Shown: positions 10,701 through 20,300 of the stretch, piece by piece
Position numbering within the stretch: the first letter of the stretch is position 1
Layout of the letters: the number at the start of each line of letters is the position of its first letter
NCBI RefSeq assembly: GCF_003704095.1
Contig: NW_020846078.1
Span: 248,001-312,000, forward strand
DNA: 64,000 bases
Origin: Pocillopora damicornis
Lineage: Eukaryota
Direction: 5' to 3'
Program-made: the position numbers and the translations under genes
The notes under the pieces: model-generated
What the model was told of the DNA's origin: nothing
The model's database searches: none
The model's input: the letters and a program-made list of their open reading frames with translations, nothing else

Positions 10701-13700
10701 AATCGACCTTGACTCCGTGTACAAAACAGAGGATGGTAGGGAGATTTACCGACTGGAAAAGACGAGAGGCTTAGAATTCAACCGATTCTTTCTAAAAGTC
10801 TTCCTCGAGTTAAACAATGGACAGAAGTTGGTCCTTTTCCCTTATGAGTTTGTACTAAAGAGCAGCAAGACCGTGAAAGGTAAGCACATGGATCCCCTAA
10901 GATTTCTTACAGCACCATACGCAGCATTAGTGTAAGCATCAAATAATATCTATTTACCTCTTGGAAATGTAGGAGGTAAATGTTAATAGTGATGATAATC
11001 GTAAGATCGTGATGTTTCCTCAGTCAGTGATGCAGTCATACTTAGAATAATGAAATTCGCGATACTTCCAACTGAAGTCAAATTTGAGACCACCTGATTC
11101 CAAGTAATTCTTTTACTTTAGAGCGCTTTTCGATTAAGTGCCGTAAAATTAAGAGCAAAGAAATCACAGCAGCAAATCAGAGCAAATTAAGGAAGAAGTT
11201 ACCAGAGCCTTCGAGAACTAAACATGAAGAAAAAACAGCGCGGAAAACGCGAGTTGTTGAGACGCCGTTGGTTCTAGTTTTGCATTTGATTGGTTGAGAA
11301 AATGGCGCAAATTTTCTGGACCAATCACAAAGAGAAGTACAACAAAACGTATGCAATCCTGACTTTTTTTTGACACTCAATTGATTTAGCATTGGGTTGC
11401 GGGAAACTCCCGACAGCTTGGCGTGTAAACTTGGTTTTCGCCACAAACATTTCGCACGTATACCAACCATTCTGTCATGACTTGAATGTAGACGTGATGC
11501 TTTTATATCAGTGATGCAATTGAAGATGATGCCTTTTGTTAAGCTTACTGTTCAGATGAAAGTTTTGATAGTGTGGGTTCACTCAATCGAACTTCCAAGG
11601 TTCTTGAAGTGAAAATTACCTTTGGTAGTAACTGATGTTGAAAAAAAACATCATTTTGCAATAGTTATTTCTTTCTTTGTGTGATAAAAGTTAAATTTGA
11701 TGGTAAAAGTGGGGTATTCGAATATTAAAGTGATGCGAGGGAGTTTTAGAATTCCTGAAGAGTATCCCTTAAAAGTATCAGTGTTTATGTATGCATCCTA
11801 GGAAAAGATGTATATTACCAACGGGTGTTACCCAATGCGTTGAAAATTTTGGATTGCGGTAACAACTGTTTCGTTGCTCACTCTTGTGTTACTGTAGACA
11901 CCACAAATGATACCAAAACCCTCATTTAAGCCCTTTGAAGATACGCTGATCACCTCTCCCGCGTTTAAAGTAGTTTTAATTCAATTCTATTTCAAAAGTT
12001 CCGAGGGAACCTCAAAATGTCCTCTCACCTCAAACAGCTTGCTCTTTAACCTCTCCTCGTCAAGGTCCTCCAGGTAAGAATGACCTAATTGTTAACGATT
12101 TTACGTCTCTAGTTACCTATAAGCTTAAAACATTTGATCATTATATCGGGGATATCTCGACGTATGGATAGTGAGGAGACGAGTACGAAAATCTTGAGCG
12201 AGAGCCATTTTCCGATATGATCTTTTCGTTAGAGGTGATGGCTCGAGAAAGATCGTGGAGTTATGTTTGAACTTAGGAATACTATTTCGTTTTAGAAATT
12301 TTTCCTGTAGTCACTAGAGTACTGAGGAGCATTTCATCGCCTGATGTGAGTCCTAACGTTTAACTTGGTCATTCATCACAGCTTTTTGGCCAGGAGTGTG
12401 ATAACCTGAGCTTTAGAGCTGGGGCATACTGAAGTTTCTTATTGATCTTACTCTTAGCCTCCAGATGAACTAGTGTCTTGAGACGTATTCGGAGAAAGCG
12501 AGACACCAAAAGGCGATCGGAGTCAGTTTTGCATTTGATTGGTCTAATATGAAACATGCGGTTTCAAAAGAGTTACTTTCGACGCTCCTTTGAGACGAGT
12601 AGTTTTTCCAAAGCTTAAGCTGAAGAACTGACCTTTTCCACCGTTCATTGAATCAAAATTACTTTGTGATTTATTTTCACGATTCCTACAGATAGCCGGT
12701 ATGAAAGCTTTATATGCCAACAAATCGAAGCGGATATAGCTAAGATAAAAGACCTCGAAGTTGAACAGATAAAAACAGCGAACCACGACATCGCTTACTA
12801 CGTCAAACGGCAGAATGAAAGTCAATTTGAGGAAGGTGACGTGGTGGGATTCTTTGAAAGAAAAACAGGAGGCACTGTTATCGATTTCTTGACCAGTGAT
12901 AATGCTCATGAAGCCCGGCTGGCTGGTGTAATAAGTAGGTCAGCGTACCTAGTCGGGAACACAGGGCAATATGACGAAGAAGAAGATGGTAAGTAACGGT
13001 TGTTGCATGTCGTGCAAACATAATCGATAGTTCGAATTTATAAAAAGGATCGGGTAAGCATCAGTGATTGTTCTCTATATACTTAAAGTAACTACGAAAC
13101 CCAACATTTTAGCAACGAAAGTCGCTTTTATGGATGTACAAGACTATGAAGGCTTAAATTCCATGGCCTTTTCTAGTCGCCTGTTTTTGTTCTTGGGATC
13201 GTGCTATACGTATGTTTTAAAAGGGTTGTTTTACCTTGTCTTTTTATTTTTAATTTAAACCTAGATATTTGTGATATTTTTCTTTGGCCATGTGAACGTA
13301 AGGGTGGGGGGGAAGGGACGGTCTAAGATCCCCCTGGAACCCATTTGATTTCCCAAACCCCCCCTCCAGCCGATGAATAACAACCGGTCCCTAACTCTGT
13401 ATCTTTGTAACACTCAGATGCTGATCTTGTGTGCATCATCGGACAGATTAAAGTGAAAGTCATTGGCGAAGTGACACCTGGACAACTGGTTTACGCTTGC
13501 CCCAGTAATAAGTTCCCAGGGGTGGCAATTGCCACACCAGAACAAGGTAAAAACAAATTGATATAATTAACACAGAGATATAGTTGGGTTTGTCTGTACA
13601 GTTACAGGTTCTATCAGCTCAGTGCCACTTGAAAAACCAACAACATCGTATTTTATCTCTGTGTGAGGGTATAGACAATGGAGATTACCCCGCCACCTTT

Positions 13701-16700
13701 TGGAGAGCTATCTAGACAGTGAAGAGGAATTTGAATCCGAGAAAAAAATTTTGGAGAAGAATTTATATTAATTCCTTCACCACATTCATAGTTATGCCTG
13801 GTTCATACACCATCATAAATTACATTTTTGTATCACTTTTTCTTGATTCAAAGAAAACTGTGCAATTGGCTACCGCCTAGCTACAATTTTAATCGCACAA
13901 TTTATAATTCTGGAAGGTGCTCCGGCGAACTTTTTAACAAAAAGATTCCATATTGCTGCGAGTCTGTTGAGCAATAGATCAAAGATGGTGTCTAAATGTT
14001 GTAAGAACCAAAAGGTGGCACACAGGACACAGCTGGGTGTGTCACTGATGTTCTTTCCACATAATGACGTTTTCTGTGGTCTGTTACTGAACAAACCCAC
14101 GTTAATATCGAATCTCTTTGTTTTAAATACTAACGGAGCAAAAAGTAGTTTATGGTGACGTCATCTATGACGTTGTCCTCCAATAGATCATGGGTAAGAA
14201 CCAATCAAAATGCGTGAATGATTGACCTTATTATATAATTCGTATTACATAGGTCAAAGTCTTCACTGGTTTTTTTTTTATCTTCTTTGATACAATACCA
14301 ACCAAACTAAGGATGTAATTATGAAACGAACGTTAATTCGTTTAATTTGTCTCACGATGAAAGAGTCAGGCTAATCAATCGTGTATTGATCGTAATTGAT
14401 ACACGATTAAAGAGGTCAAGATTAACCAGCCTGACCTTACATCGTGAGACAAACTATTGAACGTTCATTGATCTTGAAATTACGATGAACGACAACCTTT
14501 TTTGATGTAACATCTCTTTGATTCCCTTTTTTTCATTTAGGAGACGATCGACGAACCTTGATCGGCTATGCTATGGGTGGATCGTCTGGTCCTGGGGTTT
14601 CCAAGGTGGACTGCATTGTGTCTTTAGTACTGAGCATCGGTGCGCAGGAGCAGTTACGAGCGTTGGATCAAATGAGACTAAGTATCGAGGAAGTGAGGGA
14701 AAACCTGTACACTAGTATAGATACGGTTGGTTTTAGAATTGCAAGAATGCAAAGAGGCTGGAGAGGTAAGAGGTGTAGAAGAGATAGAGTGAAATAAACG
14801 ATCCAGGGCTCCTTATGTCACCATTAAAATTATTTTTCAGAGACAACTACTTTGATAAGTTTAGGATGAATTCTAGAACGTCGCCAACGCCTGCACTTGT
14901 TTTCTTTAACGGTGTTCTTCGCTTTTTTTTTCTCTTTGATTGACGCCAATTGCAAATGACATACTTACGAAATTTGGGCTGAATTTTCAAGATGCACAAT
15001 TTCTCGTGTAGTTCATTCCTAAAACAGTCAACTAAGGGTGGTGTTATAAGATGACATGTAACAATGTCCTGTGACCTCTTTCTGGGGACACGCAAAAATG
15101 TTTGGGAATGCTGTTAAATTAGGTATCCAAGGGTATATTATAGTTAAACAGTGACGAAATTCCACTGAACACGACTTCAGCTGACGTGAAGTCTGAGATG
15201 TCTGGAACTTTTGATAACAGGACACCACTTGTTCAACATCGCAGTACAAACCTAATTATACTTAAAGATGATTGGATTCGATTTTTCCATGATAGCATCT
15301 CATGGTGAGGTCCCTTCTAGTCTCTGAAAAGACTCTCCTCTCTTGTTTTAAAACTACTGCCACTACAGATGACGTTTCTACCACATGGCAGGGAACTATC
15401 TTAGTATATAGATATTAACCCTTTAACTCTCAGAGGTGATTAACTTATAACTTCTCCCTATAATATCCATACATTATCCAGCGAACTGGTCGTGAGAATA
15501 CTCAGGCTTATCAGGTACGAGATATTATAATGATCCAACGCCGAATTCTTGTAACAAATTTACAACGAAATGTGTAGCAGCCAGAGGGGAGAATTGACAA
15601 TCCAATTTTGGGAGTTAAAGGGTTAACAAAATATCTGAATGAGTGCGAGAAAGAAGTAGTTGTACGCTTGGCACCATTCAGAGTTCGGACAATGACACCA
15701 ATGCATAATGTTGTATTTTTTCATTTTTTAGGGTTGTGGAAAAAACTGCTTGCAGTAACTGTATTCCTGGCAATCGCATCTGCCGTTTGTGCCCTGATGT
15801 TAGCTCCAAGTTCTCCATACGTCAAAGCCAAGTGCAGAGCTAATAGTATTAAAGGCCACTCGCTCACCTTTAAATTCTATCCTAAGGATTCGGACGTAAG
15901 AATTCTTTTTCTATTAGAGCGCTTTCCGATTTAGTGTCGCAGAATTAAAACGAAAGTGACCATAACAGCCAATCAGAGCGAAAGAAAATATTATAGGGAA
16001 CCAATCAGAATGAAAGTAAAAACAAGCTAAATGCCTAAAGCGCGGGGAAACGCGGTTTACTTCGCCGTGCGACTGGTCGTAAAAACTCGCATTTCCCTAT
16101 TAGCGCCTCTTATCAAATAAAATGATTACTCGTGTTTTCCCGCGTTGCAAGAAGTTTGCTCGTTTTTACTTTGAGATCTCAGTGGTTCCTTATGGCATTT
16201 TCCTTACACTGAATGTGTTTGGCCATTTTGGACCCTTTTTTGTGGCCTTTTCGAAGCTCAATCGAAATTCGCTCTGGAAAGAATTTATAATAATTGACTT
16301 AAATGAAAAATATTCCAAAATCACAAAGCTGGGTTGTCACGCGAGCTCGTTTGTCCTCGATTTTCGCAGGATCTTAAATCACGAAGCTAACAAACACAAT
16401 GATTTCAGTTGTTTCTCTAAATCTGACTTTTCTCTGTTTTGTTTCCAAGGACGAAGTTATTGTGAAAGGGTTGGAGTTTACATGGGAAAAGCTGAAAAAG
16501 AAATTAAGCCTGAGATTCGACAAAAAAAATGGAACAGGTAGGTATTTAAACATTTGATCTGCTCTTTTACTTTTCCCTCCGATTTACAGGATTGACCAGA
16601 ATGTTATTTCCTCTACCAATTTTAACACCCTGTTAAGCAAGCAGGTAAAGAGAATTATTAAACAGACCGTGCGGAAAGCTCCCTAATCCTGTGCTCAAGC

Positions 16701-17383
16701 CAACACTCGAATGTTGTGTTTATGTCTGGTTATTGAGCAAAAAGTTGGGTGAAACACGCTTAAACGTTGCAAAAAAATAAAAAATGGCTTAAGAGGAATA
16801 GATGAACGAAAAGGAAATTGGAGTTCCCTACTGAGCAATAATGGACCCTAACACTGTTTAGTTGTTGTTGTTTTNNNNNNNNNNNNNNNNNNNNNNNNNA
16901 TTGATGGCATTGCAACTGCTATTTCCATTATTATTTATAAATATTTTCAAAATGATCAACAAGAAACGAAAGATGAATTTTAACGAGGTTCTATTTAGTT
17001 CTGTTTGCTCCAAGCACTGACTTACGTTATCAAATTTGGTTGGAAATTCTGTTTCCAGTTCTGGTAAAAATTTTTCAAATGACCCCAAACACAACGTAAC
17101 CACATATAAGCTCTGTAATTTGTTGGATGTATTTCACGGGTTCTGGTAATAAACAGTAGGCTGTTGTAACTCTGCAGAGGAATACCGTTACTTTCTGAAC
17201 AAGATTCGCTGTGAAACCGGTGGAATTCGTTCTGTTGCATCATGGCTTGATCCGTCACCAGTGGAACCCAAGGTCAATGTGCTTGCCGTAGATCCTGCCT
17301 GTAAGGAGGTCTTCTACCACAGTCGGAAGGATGGGAAATGGCAACAGTACCAAGCTGTGGAAGACGTTCATTGTAATCATTAA
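7736..17383 (+). CDS. Uncharacterised ~700-aa single-pass membrane protein with a MYRF-like layout: putative DNA-binding beta-sandwich, Peptidase_G2-like chaperone domain, coiled coil, TM, luminal domain
   Basis: Eleven GT-AG exons join in one frame: 7736-7805, 9007-9488, 9940-10102, 10676-10879, 11999-12073, 12692-12988, 13418-13546, 14541-14765, 15732-15895, 16450-16537, 17178-17383 (2103 nt = 700 aa + TAA). Motifs: DIAYY...FEEGDVVGF...AGVISRSAYLVGN...VCIIGQIKVKVIGEVTPGQLVY...PGVA...IGYAM. TM segment LLAVTVFLAIASAVCALML. An acceptor at 7724 implies an upstream UTR exon (candidate donor at 5449/5450). The gene model is well supported; the function is inference. Confidence 0.85.
11120..11385. 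repeat. Interspersed repeat, CCAATC-rich family; partial relatives at ~10500-10620, 12490-12590, 15916-16273, 30850-31105, 38381-38508 and 41106-41233
   Basis: Recurrent motif tagagcgctttt...gaaaacgcgag...ttttgcatttgattggttgagaaaatggcgc...ggaccaatcac in several places. Confidence 0.7.
13932..14238. repeat. Interspersed repeat with internal inverted segments
   Basis: ttttaacaaaaagattc...gtctgttgagcaatagatca pairs imperfectly with tggtctgttactgaacaaac...gaatctctttgttttaaa; ends ccaatcaaaatgcgtgaat...ttattatataa. Confidence 0.5.
14328..14466. repeat. Nested inverted repeat (hairpin / fold-back MITE)
   Basis: Outer arm tttgtctcacgatgaaagagtcaggct pairs with agcctgaccttacatcgtgagacaaa; inner arm aatcgtgtatt pairs with gatacacgatt; gaacgtt/aacgttc at the ends. 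Confidence 0.75.
15415..15626. mobile_element. piggyBac-like MITE with intact TTAA flanks
   Basis: TTAA-CCCTTTAACTCTCA ... TGGGAGTTAAAGGG-TTAA: 14-bp TIR with one mismatch and TTAA on both sides. Confidence 0.85.
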
Positions 17384-20300
17384 CAAAAAACTCTCAGAAG
17401 TAGATATTGTATCTTTGGTTTTCATACAATGTTGATGATTGTTGCTGTTGTGGTAACTGGATTTTCCGTTATGATAAGTAGATAACAATAATGTCGAAAG
17501 AAGAATTTACTAATTTTACTTGTTCATTATCTCGGTAAAAGTTTCAATTTCTCGTGGATGTTTGTACATTTAAAGACACTGGCAATGACCGACTGAATCA
17601 AAGGTCGGAATGTTTCGTTAGCGATCGAGCGAAGTAGACCTAGGGTAACAGGAGCGCTACGTAATTTGAGCCACAAACACTTAAAAGCAATAGTTTCATT
17701 TGCTGTGTTGATTTGAAAACAGACCTGGCCTTCAAGAGTGTGAATGTTTTACTCTCGACATGGTTTTACAGGGAACCAGCAGTGCAGAAAAACGTATACT
17801 TTCAACCTTCAGAACAAATATAGGAGCCGAAACGTACTCCCTCGAGGGAGATGTGAAATTGTGAAGTAAAACCCAGATGACGCCAGATGTTAAATAAACG
17901 CAGAAGTTAGGTATCTCAAAAAGAAAAACGTCGTAATTTTGAGAGTCTTGCGCATATCCACTATATGAATTGCTTTAGTGATACCATAGGCGCCTCTTGA
18001 AATTATCATCAACATAGATAGCATGTAGATAGACTTAAATTTTAAAAGTAGGAGTATTTTTGTCAATATTTTATACCAGTGTAGTGATAGGAACAGTTTC
18101 TGGTAAAACAAGAAACCTGATGGATTTTTAGGAAGATCTATGAAGTATCAGACCGTGATCTAACTAGTTGGTGTTTACCAGTTGCTCTCAGGAAATGGTT
18201 TTTATTTTGGGGCTCTTTTCGCCGCAGGCTCTTGACAAACGTAGGAACATCTTAATTTCGCATAGTAACTAATTAAACGCCCAGTTATGTGCGTACTGAA
18301 GTGAAGTCAGTAGCTGAATTTTAGCTTTTCGTTGAGGAAAAGGAAGTCTCGATCTGCCAGAGTGGGTGCAACACTTCTGACCTAGCGAAACCGAACAAAA
18401 TGATAAAGTAGCAAATATTACAGAGCTCTGTGAGCTCGGGATTGAAGAATTCTATTATTACAGAGATCTAGCCTGATTTTATTCTACGATGGTCACGTAC
18501 ATTGGTTATTTATGTGATTGCAATAAACATTTGTCTACGTGTTAGTGCTTCATTGTAATGAAAAAAAAACCTTCTGTGTGCTTAATACGTGATCTACCAA
18601 CAACATCGATTTTGATGGAAGCGAAATAATTTGAAATCATTTCTAAATATTGAACGTTTTAACGGGGCAAAATTGACATTTAAAAATCACGTTAATGGGT
18701 TTACATCACCAATAAATAACCGCAGGTTATCTTAAATCCGCAACAGTAAATCACGCATTGGTTGTCGTTTAATCAATAACGTTCCCGCAACAATTATAAC
18801 GTTTCCCGTTAGTGGTCCCTCCCAAAGCTTAGAATTGAAAAATACAAAACAAAGAAAGCTTTTATTCTCTCTTTTTGGTCTCAAAAGCAAGACTAGTAAC
18901 CAGCTTTCTGTTGAGGTAAGTTAGTATGTTATCAGCCAAGCTTCAATAGACGAAGACCGCCTCTCCTTCAAGTCTGTCTTCCAACAACGATATGAGTGCA
19001 AATCTTCAGTTTGAGTTACGGTAAATTGACCGCTGGTTCTTTTTAAAAACATGTGTCCTCTGAGTATGTTTTTACATTTGTATTTGTGAGGAATGAAATG
19101 TTAAGTATGCTATGATGTTTTCCCGGTCGGTTTCTTTGGATGAGCAGGTTGTTGATGTTAGAATTAACGGTTATTGCATTTTTTTTCTCTTTGATTTCCC
19201 GTTAATATTTTATCTACTTGAGTAAATAGCTTGTAATTTTAAGAGTTCTTATACTTTCTTTTACGCTTATCATGATGTTTCATTAGATGCCTCTCGAAGG
19301 AAAATATGACTCGGCGAATGTCTCACAGTGTCTTCAAATTTAATTTAAATTACACTTAGTTTTTCAATTGCTGAAAAGTTTTTCAATTTTCCAAGATTGG
19401 GTTACTGTACAACCAGCCACCTTGACTTTATGAACGTAAATTAACGAAAACATTACTGCTAAAGCGTGTATTTCTCATTTGCTTGTAGTCGGTCTTCCAT
19501 GTGCAATTATTTTTAAGACATCTGCCTGATGTTGTTTTGAAGCTTCAAAGCCAATCGTTTTGTGAGGTATATCCATTTAGCTGATATCTCCTGCTATTTT
19601 GAAGTTCATTTCAGCTTGACTCACCACCGAAAGGCTCCGAAAAGACGCCTCAAGTCAAAACTGCAAAACTACTAACAAAACTTTTCTTCTTTGAGGTAAG
19701 AGCTTTTTGTATTTAACAATTTACTTACGAAATCATATCATCTTTTTTTTGTTGAAGGAATCAAAGGTTTAAGGAAATTTCGCCATTGCAGGCTAAGGAA
19801 AGACAGTTCTCTATTGAATATTGCTGCAGTATGTCTTAGGTTATTCGGCAATTATATAAAGATTTGGGTTGTTATAACTATGCGTGAAAAGTTTGCCTGT
19901 GTAGATTTTCAATATAGCAATCTTCTTCGTTTCGACGAAAAGTAAACGGTGATTTTTTTTTTAATGGCTATACCAATTAAATCATTTTTAACTTCAGGCA
20001 CAAAAAATAAAAAAAAATAAAAAAATAAGTTGTGTCTGATTTCACGTCTCCGAGACGAACCATTATTCAGTTTTGTAAACTTATTTGCAAATCACTTCTT
20101 AGTTGTAACTACCGTGGGAAGGTTTCTACTCTTTCAAGAGAAAGAAGAAGTAGAGATTTTTTTTAAATGGAAAATTTTTTCGTAAGACTCTGATTTTTAG
20201 CAATTGCTTTGTTGTAAATTTAAACTCAAGTTTATCCCGAAAAAGCTCAATTCGGGCGAAATTTTTTTCATCTGGAATTTGATCATTAAGGCTAGCGATG

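Noticed and set aside
11898-11930. Acceptor tgtag at 11897 as the start of exon 5
   Set aside because: Gives an in-frame TAA after about 10 codons; the acceptor at 11998 keeps the frame.
7736-17383. Calling the novel gene MYRF or MYRFL
   Set aside because: No S74 cleavage motif (SDxRxK) and no recognisable NDT80 signature such as RASNPGQF. Only the layout is shared, so no symbol is given.
17772-17868. Alternative terminal exon for the novel gene (GNQQCRKTYTFNL...CEIVK*)
   Set aside because: It is phase-compatible, but the 17178-17383 exon is longer and more protein-like, and this region looks repeat-derived. It cannot be supported without RNA data.
17865-17945. Second hammerhead-like motif (ccagatgacgcc...aaaacgtcg)
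   Set aside because: The core boxes are mutated (CAGATGA, no paired stem II); too degraded to call.
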